From: Squalus acanthias
Taxonomy: Eukaryota
Assembly (NCBI GenBank): GCA_030390025.1
Contig: CM059432.1
Location: forward strand, 69,132,001-69,196,000
DNA length: 64,000 nucleotides
Direction: 5' to 3'
Position numbers and translations under genes: made by a program. This document shows positions 12,444 to 24,607 of this stretch, one piece after another. The notes under the pieces were generated by a model. It saw nothing but the letters and a program-made list of their open reading frames with translations. It ran no database searches and was not told where the DNA came from. Positions within the stretch are counted from its first letter, which is position 1. Each line of letters starts with the position of its first letter.

Positions 12444-14147
12444 TGTAAGGTTTCCAAAATTTACAGATCCCCAAAACCTAAGGAAAAAGGACTTTGGAAC
12501 TACCTCAGAGTGATAAAAATGCATTTGGGCCTAACATAAGGAATATAAGACCAAAACCCAAGTTTTGGCATTTTAAAAACATGTCTGGGCCTGTAAAGGG
12601 AGAAAAGGCTGTGAAGGAAGTTGGGTTCAACCTCTGTAAAAGCAGTTTGGGTATTGCAGTTAATTGCATTGTCTGGGGAACCGGGATGACCTCACTCAAA
12701 GCCCCAGCATGCATTAACATTTTGACAATAGACCCTAGGAGAAGACAGTCCCACCCAAAACAATAGGTCCCATCAAACCGATTACAGGGCCCATCAAGAA
12801 ACATGCATAATACAGAGCACCCAGGACTAGGCTATAGATCAGCCTAGGAACCCAAAACACAAAACCAATCACCAGCAATCAGCCAAGAAGATCGACAGAA
12901 TGCAAACCATCCCAAAACCCATTTGACACTTACAGAGCAGTTACTGGTAGCAGGCCCGCCAAATTCAGACAATGAACTGAACAGATTTGGCGGGTAGATA
13001 AGGCCATATTCAATGGGTCAGATTGAAGGCCTGTTAAAACCCAGTTAACGTGCTAGTAAATCGTTACCAATTTACGAGCCCGCCAAAACTAGACAATGAA
13101 CTGAACAGATTTGGCGGGTAGATAAGGCCACTTCAATTCTGTATAATTGAAGGCCCTCCAAGCACACACCAAGCGAGAAGAGAGAGAAACAACACAGTTC
13201 AAAGTCGTTGGGCCGAGCAGTCAGTCGCAACCGGTGGTCATCAGAAGGAGGAGAGACCAAGAAGAAGAAGGCCCGAGCTGGAAGCGAGTCGGCATCGCTC
13301 ACCACTCAGACACACCTGAGTCCAGCTCGCGAAGACACCACCTCGACGGACCCCCAACAACGGCCCCAACACAGTCACCCGGAGCAACAAGCAGCAACAA
13401 GTCACCGACGGCTCCACGAGGTCGACTGACACACCAACCAAGGCCTAAAGCCATCGCGGAAACCAAAGGCCTCATGAAACCAACAACCGCGCATTACCCC
13501 CAACTGACCGGGGTAATCACAGGCCACCGCGACCAACAAAGACCAACTCCAGGGAAGTAAACCCGAAGAATCGCAAAGTTTCCACACTACAAACTACTCC
13601 TGACTTACCCCTGGGTAAGATTTTCCCTAAAGACTCTAAGCCCTACTGCTGAACTAAAGAAATTGGGTACTCACCAGATAAATCCATAACGACATCCTAC
13701 CGCATCAGCGGACTCGCGAAGACTGACCAGAGACCCAGGTGAAGTCCTCTACCGCGTACGGGGTACGGCAGACACTAACCGCCATAAACAGCGAACCCCA
13801 AAACCGCGATTTAGCCCAACTGTCAAAGGATTGGTGAGCACTATCCCTGGTCCTTCAAAACCTAACTTAGCTAGTAAAGTGGGGTTGGGAGGGGTGAAGT
13901 ATTGTTCTACTGTCATTTCCCTCGCTTGTACCGAAGTGTTCCCCACCTTTAGAGTGATAAGAGTGTTATTATTTGTGTCTTACCTTTTAATAAAGATTGA
14001 AGTTCTTTCATCAAACTCAGTTGTCTGCTGCACCTTTTGTATCACAACCCCCCAAATAAGTCCAAGGTCTAGAACCAAGGGAGTGGGAGCGATTCGAACC
14101 GCTCAGAAGTCAGAGGTAAAGCTGACACTAAACCACCACCCCCTACA
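12444..14147 (+). mobile_element. Solo LTR, 1704 bp (ERV or Gypsy type)
   Basis: Termini TGTAAGG...CCCTACA; 4-bp TSD ATGA (12440-12443 / 14148-14151); TATA-like at 13142; AATAAA at ~13989; interrupts a SINE cleanly. Confidence 0.88.
12955..13130 (+). promoter_or_regulatory. Duplicated ~52-bp enhancer-like unit in the LTR, each copy with inverted E2F-like sites and AGATAA
   Basis: CCCGCCAAA..AGACAATGAACTGAACAGA TTTGGCGGG TAGATAAGGCCA at 12955-13006 and 13079-13130; the repeat is direct observation, the function is inferred. Confidence 0.6.
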
Positions 14148-14183
14148 ATGACTTTTGCTGGAAAACCTACAGGTGTGGATGCT

Positions 14184-14600
14184 GGTGTCAGCCTTGGTTC
14201 AGTGGAAGCACTCTCACTTCCAAGGCAGAAGGTTATAGGTTCAAATCCCACTCCAGAAACTTGCACACATAATCTACGTTAACACTTCAGTGCAGTACTG
14301 AGGGAGTTCTGCACTGTCAGAGGTCCCGTCTTTTGGATGAGACATTAAACCAAGGCCTCGTCTGCCCTCTCAGGTGGACGTAAAAGTTCCCATGGCATTA
14401 TTTCAAAGAAGAACAGAGGAATTCTCCGCTGTACTGGCCAATACTTATCCCTCAGTCAACATCACTACAACAGATTATCTACAATTTCTACCCTGCAACA
14501 GTAACTACACTTCAAAAGTACTTCATTGGCTGTAAAACGCTTTGTGACATTCTGAGGTCGTGAAAGGCGCTATACAAATGCAAGTTCTTTCTTTATTTCT
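14184..14600 (+). mobile_element. Full-length tRNA-derived DeuSINE (SacSINE1-like)
   Basis: A box TGGTTCAGTGG (14195-14205), B box GGTTCAAATCC (14238-14248), Deu domain, L2-like tail AAAGGCGCTATACAAATGCAAGT followed by (TTCT)n. Confidence 0.9.
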
Positions 14601-16341
14601 TTTGGTGAGGACAAGATTAGACTTAGCTTCCATGAATGAACTGCCTCCTGACATTCACAGTCTAGGCAGATGCTTGAAGAATGGGAACTTGGACAAAGTA
14701 CTGTACTGTAGGGCTGCTGGTGTCTGTGGGACCATACTCCAGAAAGAGTTACTGCCTTCAGGAGAGGAGAAAATTGGCCAAAGGGAAAATTACTTTTTCA
14801 AAATATACATGCCCACGGAAGCTGACAAACCAATCATGAGCCGGCAGCAAATGAGGAATTTGCGGTGCAGCGATCTGCTCTTATGTAATGCTTGAATTTT
14901 CTGGTCACAGAGTGCGTTCCAATGCTTTGATTTTATTCATATTGCTCAGTGATTTTTTTTCTCCGCACCATGGCAGACAATGTAGTGTTAGACAGATTAG
15001 ATGCAATTTATGTCTTCGGTCAACAACCTGATTAGTCAGCCAGCTTCACCTATCTGATTGTCCTCAGGAGGTACAGTAAAGTTTGTATCAGAATGGGGAA
15101 GCTTGAGTTTCTTTTTGCCTTGCTTTTCAATTAGATTGATTTCAAGGGTGTTAATTTTAATGTCACTGCTCAGGAGCATGCAGTAGTAAAATTAAAATGC
15201 TAATTCATCACAGTGAATTATTTAGCAGTACATTCCACACATAATGTTCTTGAATGTGTTTAAAAGCTAAAACAATAAATAAATGAGTAAAATATCAAAC
15301 CATTACTAATGTTCATTCACTCGTGCAAAAGCCATCATAACTCAATCACAGTGGGTATGTGTCTGTCACTTTTATTAAACTGCTCTCATAACTCACTGGT
15401 ACGATATACCATATTTCTAAACTATTTTTCTATTTTATACACCTCACTGCTGCCTTGTGTCATCCTTTATCCTTCAGGTGGAAGAACGGGATGGCACTGC
15501 CAGGTTTTTTTCTCTCCAATAACTGTGTCCCATCCAGCAGCCACGTTGAGAACGTAAAATGTGAGTGAAAGCTCAGATTAAATTTTTGGTCTCTCAACCC
15601 CAAGTCCCGGGTTCTATCACCAGAGAGGCCGAATGTTAGGAAACTCTTTCTTAATCTGAAGGTTGTCTCAAAGCACTTCTCCTGGAGTTGAGAGAACGTT
15701 CAAACTGTTAAATTCTGCCGTCATTTTGAGTACACTGTTCTCAAAATGCCCACTTGGGTATCTTTATTGATCCTCATTTCATTCCTTGCTTAAAAAAATT
15801 ATCACCAAGATCATTTGCTGTTTAAAAAAATGTCCTCAGGGAGAGGCATGAAAATACTTTACCTAACTGGCGACTCCCTGCCAAATATAATGGATTAAAT
15901 ACAATTTCAAAATATATTTGGAAAAGATCTCTTGCTGCAAATGCTGATTTTTTTAAATAATGGTTCCTTGGCATTGGACAGTACTTGTTCCACACAGTTT
16001 AAAGTAAAGGTTGCTCTAATATGCCAGGGTGAGAAGAATGTTAGGTTGTACAGGTAGATCCAAAGTCGTAACACTGAGCATCGGTTAGACTGCACCTGGG
16101 AGTATTGTGTTCAGATTTAGGCATCACACTTACAACATAGGGAGGTATTTAAAAAGGGTTTTAAATCAATGAACTACCAAAAAAAGTTGAGGAAGTTGAA
16201 TCTGTTCTTTATGATATAAACAAGACTAACAGGATATCATTCAAGTTTTTAAGATCATATAGGGAATTGATGGAGTGAATGTAGACAAGCTCTGTGTACT
16301 GAACCAGAAATGATCATGATCAAAAGCTAAGAAAGCAGTAA

Positions 16342-18359
16342 GGCTGTGAAATTCACACTGTTTGCACCGGCCGATAAGGTCGATTTGGATGAAAAAATGG
16401 CGGCCGCCTCAATGCCACCGTATTCCGGCGTGGAATGTGACAGCCGCCATTTTGGGCATGTCGGCAGCAGCGCTGCCGTTGCCTGCGCTTGACCCAGATA
16501 TGGAAATGAGTCAGATCGTGACATCAATCAGCGTGCAACACTGAATTGATGCACGATCTGGTATTTTGGACGTCACCACTCCTATTAAAGCCCTCTCCAA
16601 AGCATGCACAGCAGAACGTGCGTGCAGTGTATGATGGACCACCTACCAGTGGTTCTTGAAGGGACACATGCACCTTTTGGGTAAAGTTAGATTTTTCTTT
16701 AGATTTTATTGGAGTTGTGGCTTGGTGTAAGACATTTAAAAAGTTGTTAAAGTGCGAGGGGAGTGCTGCTGGATGTTTGCAAGGCTTTGGCTCTTAAAGG
16801 AAGGCCTCTGAGAACACCACTTGCTCCTAGTCCTGGGGGTTCTAGTTGCAGTCACCCTTGGGCTACAGCATGAAATGGAGATGGACCAGAAGCAGCAAAG
16901 GGAATGTGCTGCTTGCAGAAGGAGGAGGAGGAAGAAGAAGAAACAGAAGGAAGGAGGCAACCCAGACAGTCCCTTCTGGCCGGGATACCTGGGATTGAAT
17001 CTTCTGCCTGGGGTACAAGTGACCACAACCCCACTTCCCCTTTCAACATTTGTCCCACACCTTACCTTTCCTCTGTTACTGAACATCCCAGCGTCCTCTT
17101 GGCCACAATGCTGAAATAAAAGCCACCACAAAGCAAACTTTCCAATCAACTATATCCATATATGCATCCAATATTACATCAAAAAATCAACTAATCACCC
17201 TGGTGCATTCCCTTAGTGATTGTCTTGCATGTGCCTTTGCCTATCCTAGTGTTCTTACACAGTGCTACCCCAGTGACTGCAGCACGGCTGGTGGAAGGCT
17301 GCTGACTTTCAGTGGGGGAGACTGAAGATGGCCTTGCAGGACGACCTCGAGGAGCTGGTGGCTGGGAGTGTGAAATCGAGTGCTGGTGTTTCTTCTTCTT
17401 CTTCTTCGCTCTCCTCTCCCTCTTCTTGGTCAACCAATGGCTGGGCAGGCTGGATTTGTTGGGTGTCTGAAATGAGGAAGGCACAAGGGTAGGGTTGTTA
17501 AGCAAGAGGTGCATGCTTACACCTTGTGCAGCTTGTAAATCAAAAGACATTGTGGGATGAGGGGGAAGTGGGATGTGAGAAGGAGGATAACACATGAGGA
17601 TACCGGCATCTTGTATTCTTTCTATCCCGCCACTGGCCAAGGGCTCAGCCATGCCCTTGCCAAGAATGGCCAGCACCGTCTCCTCCAAGGGGGTGAGGTG
17701 AAGCTAGGAATATGAGATGTGCCTCGTGTTTGGCAGAGATTGTTTCTAGGTGAATGATGGGGGGAGTCGTGCATTGAGCTAGTGGTGCAGTTGGTAGGAG
17801 ATAACTTTTAAAGATGCAATCTCTGACCTTGACTATTCGTCTGAGGTCATGAAACTTCTTTGGTCACTGGAGCCATGTGATGGGGGCGACACTGCTGGCA
17901 ATGACAGCCTCGGCGATCTGGCCCCACATCCTTCTTTCTGGAGGGTCTCCAGGCCCCTTGTGGATAGAGGACCTCTCTTCCAGTGTTGACCCCCTTCACA
18001 AAGCTCAAGTGCTGCGTCCAAGTCCCTGGGTGCCCTTTCCCTGTCCTGTTGAGCCATTTGGGTTAGTGCTGAAGCACCTTTACATTTTTCATCAGCAGAA
18101 GGCAGCTCACCTTAAGAGGTGCAGGCTGCCTTTAAGAGGCATAGGCTAAGCTAGCCTCGCTTGAACCTTGGGAACTTCACCACCCTGCTGAGCTCACAAC
18201 CTGTCAGCAACGCATTCAGCACTGGGCTGTGCACTGCAATCATTATAATTAGCAGGCAGTACAAAGTTGACGTGCTACCCGCGCTCCTTGAACGGGCGCC
18301 GGCATATCATGCATCACGGTCCCCGCGCCCGTTTTTCAGCGGCATGGAGTTTCACCCCC
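16342..18359. mobile_element. Internally deleted non-autonomous PIF/Harbinger element
   Basis: Ends GGCTGTGAAATTC / GAGTTTCACCCCC, TAA on the left; minus-strand Myb remnants MAQQDRERAPR and ESQQPSTSRAAVTGVAL resemble the Myb gene at 41452-43304. Confidence 0.8.
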
Positions 18360-18852
18360 GAAGCGTCATATTTATAGTTATTAAGTTGTGGAATGGACTG
18401 CTGTCTCGTGCAGTGAAGGCAAACTCAACAGGAGTATTAGAATCCTTACTGGGCAGATTCCTGATTCGACAGCAAGTATAGTGATCTGGCTTTGTGCCAT
18501 GGTAGGAAATATGATAAAAATGCTATGCAAAGATTTAAATGGGCTAATGACCTTTGTTCGTTCCAATCTTAAATTCTGAGGGACTTACGCCAGTATGTCA
18601 TCTTCTCACTGCATAAATAGTTGTGCGACTGACAGGTCTTTGTTGTACTCATTGTCCAGAAATGCTTCTCATGACAATATTATCCATCAGCCCTGCTTAT
18701 ATTGTAATGAAAGATCTGCATCTGTTGCAAAATTGCTCTAGATTCATTACAAAACCCCAAATAAAGATGATTGGGAACTGTCTAATCTGATTGCCATTCT
18801 ATGTTGCATCCTTAATGTTAATCTGGATTGCAATAAGGGAAATCATACCAAG

Positions 18853-19080
18853 TGACGTAATAAAGACTCACTACGCACTTGGTTGAACATAAAACAAGGC
18901 TTTAATCGACTTGTAACAAAGCATGGCGGTCTGGTTAGCAGTCACTGGCTTCCTGTTTCCAGATTGTCTTTGCCCAAGGTGGGCCCACGCCCGAGTATTT
19001 ATACTCCCCGGACGGCGCCCCAGCTAGCCGCCCAGTAGTACTTCCTGAGTTACTTCTTGTAGAAGTTGCGATTTATGACA
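18853..19080 (-). mobile_element. Short solo LTR, 228 bp
   Basis: TGACGTAA...TTATGACA termini; exact 5-bp TSD CCAAG (18848-18852 / 19081-19085); TATAAATA then ATTAAA on the minus strand. Confidence 0.85.
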
Positions 19081-20799
19081 CCAAGGTTGTGCATTCAAAT
19101 GAATTGAAACTGGGAAGACTATCATCAGAGGCATCATACAGTTAATTTAATATCTTTGTATGTGTTCATGTATGGTTAACAGTAAACAGGTAATAGTTGT
19201 TCTTGATCTTGGAAAAGGTTTTTTGTTCTGTTTGATTCTGACATAATTCCATTAATCTCTCAGAGATGTTTATGGATCTGGCTTTACTTCACTTATTTTT
19301 CTTGAGTTGTCTTCCAGTAATCAACTCTGACTATGTCCTTAATCTCACAATAGTCAGCTCTTAAGGAGTTAATAAAACTTTGGAGAAAAGGAGGAGGGAA
19401 GTGATACCTAACTACAAGCTGCTTGAAACCAAATTAATAGTTTCACATGTTCTTATATTTCCCCAAATGAACTAATCTCCCATGTTATAGTTCTTCAATT
19501 ACTGATTTTAGGATATGAAGGAAGTGCAGGTATCCCAATATTCAGTCCAACCTCTGCTTCCTCAACTTGAACATTAGAAATCAATTCAATTCAAAATAAA
19601 ATTAAAACCTCAAAAATATTTCTGTTACTTGTCACTAAAAAAATCAAATAAAAACACATTTCTAGCATTAATGGCAAAGCCAAAAAGGCCTAAAGGATTA
19701 GCTGCTCTTGCTACCTACATCAAATTGTTCAGTATTGTGCGATTACGCATCCTGAGCCCCGATTTTAACCTAACCTCCCCGGTGGGAACGGGGCAAAGTT
19801 TGGGTCGAATGTCCATTTTACACTTTGCCTTATTTTACACTCCATTCCTGCTCCTCCCGGTCCCACAGAGGAAAGCTTGGAGTGTCTCTTCTTTCTGCAG
19901 ACCAGCAGCTTCCCCGCTCAGGATGCAGCTAAAATAACACAATAAGACCCCGATTTGCATAAATTCATGAAGTCACCACCTGCTTAAGCAGGTGCTCACC
20001 CGCCTGCAGAACCATACAGGTTAAAATGGGTAATGGTGCAAAAGGGTTGATTTTCCAACAGGTTAGAACCTACGTCCAGTTTCCGGCAGGCAGGTAGGGT
20101 TCAGATAAATAAAGAAAACACTCCCTTTTTGAATAAGTTTAGAAATTCATTGTCACTCCACCCATTTTTACGCTGAAGTGTTGAATATGGTGGGTGGCGT
20201 GCGTGCACACATTCCATACTAGAAATGCACCGTCCTCCACATTGGTAAAGATGCCTCCGATTGCCTCCTCCCTCCCCATAGTCTACACTTCCCGATCATC
20301 TCCCCCCTCCTGATCACCTCTCCCCTCCTGATTGCCTCCTCCCTCCTGATCGCTTCCCCCTTCTCCTAATCGCCTCCCCCTCTCCCGACCGCCTGTCCCT
20401 CTCCGAGGACCTACCTGAGGGCTGCTGCCGATGACACAACGGCCAAGATTTAAATCCGCTTCGCCAAGGTGCATCCGCAGCTTGATGGTCTCATTTAAAT
20501 GAGGTCCGAGGCCCAATACCAAGTGTGCCTCGGGCCTACCCGTTCCAGTGCAGGGATCATTCCCTGTGCTGTTTGTGTTGGCAGGCTGCGCCATCCAATT
20601 TCACCCCCAATTACGTTTTAATTATCCAACAAATAAAGAAAACACTACTAGTCCCTTTAAACATGATTTATTTTAAATATATTAGATTACACCACAGCAA
20701 AATACATGACTATAGCAGAAGTGGTTTGTTTAGAATTACTTTGCCGCAGAGTTGACATTTGACACCTACCCGGAAAATTCACCAGTTCTGCCTTTAAAG

Positions 20800-21170
20800 A
20801 AAAGAACTTTTAAATAGCACCTGATGATGTCCTCAGGACATCCCAAAGTGTTTTACAATGAATGGATCACATTTGAAGTGCAGTCACTGTTGCTGTATAG
20901 GCAAATCTGCACACAGCAAGGTCCGACAAATAGCAAAATTAGAAGAATAAACAGTTTTTAGTAATATTGATTGAGGGACGGCTGCTGTCCAGGAGAACTA
21001 AAATAGCAAGAAGACGGGACTTTGGTTTAACATCACATGCAAAAGATGATACCTCCAACAATGCAGCACTTCCTCAACACTGCACTGAAATATGAGCCTA
21101 GGTTATGTGCTTAAGTCCACAGGGGTACTTGAACCCACAACCTTCAGACGCAGAATCAAGAGTGCTGAGG
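20800..21170 (-). mobile_element. Degenerate DeuSINE
   Basis: CCTCAGGACATCCCAAAG tail, TGCAGCACT..CTGCACTG and ACTTGAACCCACAACCTTC (B-box region) match the other copies. Confidence 0.7.
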
Positions 21171-21554
21171 CAGTCTTGATAATAAACTAAAGACATGTGT
21201 AGTTACATATAATGTTCAAAACTGACTATATTTAGGCAATAAATTAGCAATCCTTCTCATTGAGGCCATCAGGGTAGCTGGTATGAGAAATGGAAATATC
21301 ACACTGGAGCAGTAGTGGGAGCATTTTTTGAGTCTGGGGTTGCGATATATGCTGGGGCAGAGTAGAGAAAGGTCCTTTCTATTTACAAACTGAGGAGTGT
21401 TCCTGGCAAACAGACAGTGAACATCGAAATCGAGCATGTGTCAGAATTTATGATACGTGCTTCTGTCAGTTGAGGCTCCTCACCAGCCGTGAGAAGTTGA
21501 AAAATTCTCCAACAGCTCAATTCCATATGTGTGCAATGTTTAACTGGAATAGTT

Positions 21555-21900
21555 ATGAATCACCCTTGTGCAACCCCTTAGTGTCAGTGTTGTATGCTTG
21601 TTTACCTATGCTAATGCTCTTACAAAGTGTATCCCCAGTAGCTATGGTTTGGGAGGTGGAAGGCTGCTGCATTTCCATTGAGAACACTTCAGATGGCCAT
21701 GGTGGATGGCCTTGAGCAGCTCGGAGCCTTAAGGGCTCTGCTGCAGACTGCAGCATCATGGTGTGGGCCGGGGCAGTCTGGCCCAGCTGGCTTTGTGGCA
21801 CTAACAAGGGCAACGGCGGAGTGGGTGGCATAGCAGCAGGCATACCATCATCCTGAGAGAGGAAACGGGCTTTGAGAGGAGCTGCTGACGCTGGGAGGGA
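21555..21900 (-). mobile_element. Harbinger Myb-gene 3' remnant
   Basis: MEMQQPSTSQTIATG and neighbouring residues resemble ENQQPSTSLAAATE of the intact Myb gene. Confidence 0.6.
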
Positions 21901-22023
21901 GAGGCAAGGCCAGGGCTAGGAGGCCCAAGGACTCCTTGTGGGGCCCGGATGAGCACTCCTGCTCCTACTGGCCTACAAGGAATCCCCAGAAAAGGTCAAT
22001 AGAAATACTTACGTGGCCTCTTT

Positions 22024-22455
22024 ATAGAATCATAGAAATTTACAGCACAGAAGGAGGCCATTCAGCCCATCGTGTCTGTGCCGGCTGACAAAGAGCTACC
22101 CAGTCTAATCCCACTTTCCAGCTCTTGGTCCGTAGCCTTGTAGGTTATGGCACTTCAAGTGCATATCCAAGTACTTTTTAAATGTAATGAGGGTTTCTGC
22201 CTCTACCACCCTTCCAGGCTGTGAGTTCCAGACCCCCACCACCGTCTAGGTGAAAAAAGTCACATCAACTCCCCTCTAATCCTTCTACCAATTACTTTAA
22301 ATCTATGCCCCCTGGTTATTGACCACTCTGCTAAGGGAAATAGATCCTTCCTGTCCACTCTATCTAGGCCACTCATAATTTTATACACCTCAATTAAGTC
22401 TCCCCTCAACCTCCTCTGTTCCAAAGAAAACAAACCCAGCCGATCCAATCTTCCG
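22024..22455 (-). mobile_element. CR1 3' fragment
   Basis: LGLFSLEQRRLRGDLIEVYKIM..TRGH; ATAGAATCATAGAA tail. Confidence 0.9.
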
Positions 22456-23514
22456 GTCACTCTGCTGACTCCCGCCAGGTCTGTCGATGAGTTAATGTGA
22501 CCTTGGGCAGAAATGTGTCGCAGACCCTTCACAAAACCCCAGCCTGCCATTTTAATGACGTGCCTGCTCCATTTGTGGCAGGCTAGGTTACAGTCCAGGT
22601 CCAAGCATTCCATGCCAATCCTACTAATGGTCTCAGTGCATATTTCAACCCCAGACTCAGAAAAGCTCCTCCAACTTCACTAATGTGACATTCCTATTGC
22701 CTACACCAGCCCCTCTGGTGAGAGAGGCTGTTAAGCTTGTACCTAAGTGTAGCTAGTTTTGTTCTCTGTGGTTACGCCCACCAGAAATTGGGTTGAGACT
22801 GCTCAAACACACATAGGCTTCTTGAGCAAGCAAAGAGAGATCAGTCTGAGCTAGATTTGAATGCAAATGACATTAGTGAAAAGACTATGTAGTAAGACAC
22901 TGTGCCACTTAGTCTAACTTTTTTACAAGCTTCTGAAAAAAAGTCCAGTAAATGAATAACAGAAACTGAAAAATGAATTTAAAAGATTAACATCTAACTC
23001 TGTCAATTGAGATCAGTAAAAGCAGTGTAACAAACGTGACACTGGCAAGTTTACAAAGTTGTCGATAAGCATCTCATATATTATTTATGTGAACATGCAG
23101 AAATATCAAAGCAAGCAAATTGTAATATATCACAAAACATCCTACCTGTGTAGGAACCGTAGAAACCAACTTGCAAGATATTTTCAAACTTTCCTTTCCT
23201 TTTACATTTGATACTGCTAACAATTTAATCAGGACTCCAGAACAATGGAAGAAATGATATTTTTTCATGAAAATTTTGGTTCCTTGTAAAGTGTCACTTC
23301 CCAACTAACTGGGGCGCACAGTGCTGTGACTTCAATGACTCAAACATGCCCATTGCAGATAGTCATCTTTGACTTCAACAACCACTGAAGCCTCAATTAA
23401 TCATCAGTGCTCAAGAACTTTCCTGGACTCTTCTGATGGGTGAGTTGGTAAAGATAGTGCTTGAATACAAGGACTCTTGAATACAAGGACTCATCAAACA
23501 ACATAGAATGTCAG

Positions 23515-24302
23515 TGCCCTTTTACCTCCACCCTTCCCACTGTCCAGGGCCCCAAACACTCCTTCCAGGTGAAACAGTGATTTACTTGTATTTCTTGCAA
23601 TTTAGTATACTGTGTTCGCTGCTCACGATGTGGTCTCCTCTACATTGGGGAGACCAAACGCAGATTGGGTGACCGCTTTGCGGAACACCTCCGTTCAGTA
23701 CGTAAGGGTGACCCCGAGCTTCCGTCGCCTGTCACTTTAATTCTCCGCTCCACTCTCACTCAGACCTCACCGTCCTCGGCCTCTTACACTGTTCCAATGA
23801 AACTCAACGTAAGCTCGAGGAACAGCACCTCATTTTTCGATTAGGCACTTTACAGCCTTTTGGACTCAACATAGAGTTCAACAATTTCAGACCATAACCT
23901 CTGCCCCTATCCTTTTTTTCCATTTATTTATTTCATTTTTTTTTATTCTCTCCCACATGGCAGCTGTCTTTCATTCTGCCACCACCATTTACACTTCATC
24001 TAGAGCCATCTTTTGTTTCTTAACTTGTCCCATTACCATCTCCTTTTGCCTTGCAACATCTCTTAATCTCTCTTAATGTCTCTTAATCTCTCCTGCCTTC
24101 CATCCTATCACAGACCTTCTTTTGTTCTTTCCTCCCCTCCCCCTTTCCCTGCCCCTGCACTTGCTTAAAAACCTGTTCCATCTCCAGCTTTTTCCAGTTA
24201 TGACGAAGGGTCAGCGACCTGAAACGTTAACTCTGTTTCTCTCTCCACAGATGCTGCCTGACCTGCTGAGTATTTCCAGCATTTTCTGTTTTTATTTCAG
24301 AT
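23515..24302 (+). mobile_element. Penelope-like element family B, GIY-YIG region and pLTR with hammerhead (C3 mutated)
   Basis: Hand translation NLVYCVRCSRCGLLYIGETKRRLGDRFAEHLRSV; AGTT-aTGACGA-A-GGGTC-agc-GACCT-GAAA-CGTT-AACT at 24196-24232. Confidence 0.92.
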
Positions 24303-24607
24303 TTTTGACAGATGAAATGTCATACGCTGACGTTCTCTGTAACCGGCTTCCCCTTAATTGGCCTGCTAAGCCCACTGGGCGGGCTTCACAAGGTCAATCA
24401 AGGGAAAATAGCGTGGGTTGGCCACAAGTCAATGGAGGCGGGACTGAAACCCGACAAGCAGCAGTCCCGCCTCCAACGTGCCCCCAGAGGCAAAATCACC
24501 CCCAATCATACTGTTTTCCAATGGTAGAGAAAATAAGGAAAACCATGAAAATTGGAAATCTGAAATGCAGATTAGTTTGATCCTATCTTAACCATCATTT
24601 GAGATAA

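Larger units (their letters stand above)
12380..14770 (+). mobile_element. Old SINE (AmnSINE2-like, tentative) split into three pieces by a solo LTR and a DeuSINE
   Basis: 12380-12443, 14152-14183 and 14603-14770 join into CAGGGTTCCTGCTC..GCTGGAAA..GTGTGGATG..GGTGAGGACA..CCTTCAGGAGAGGAG, matching the other copies. Confidence 0.7.

Noticed and set aside
13147..13560. 137-aa ORF inside the long LTR as a viral accessory gene
   Set aside because: Starts at TTG, is low complexity, and is explained by the A/C strand skew; it cannot be excluded without other copies
14184..14255. tRNA gene
   Set aside because: The A and B boxes are the head of a SINE and continue directly into the Deu domain
23460..23491. 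16-bp tandem duplication CTTGAATACAAGGACT (similar 20-bp duplication at ~54416-54455)
   Set aside because: Ordinary slippage or repair duplications with no further structure
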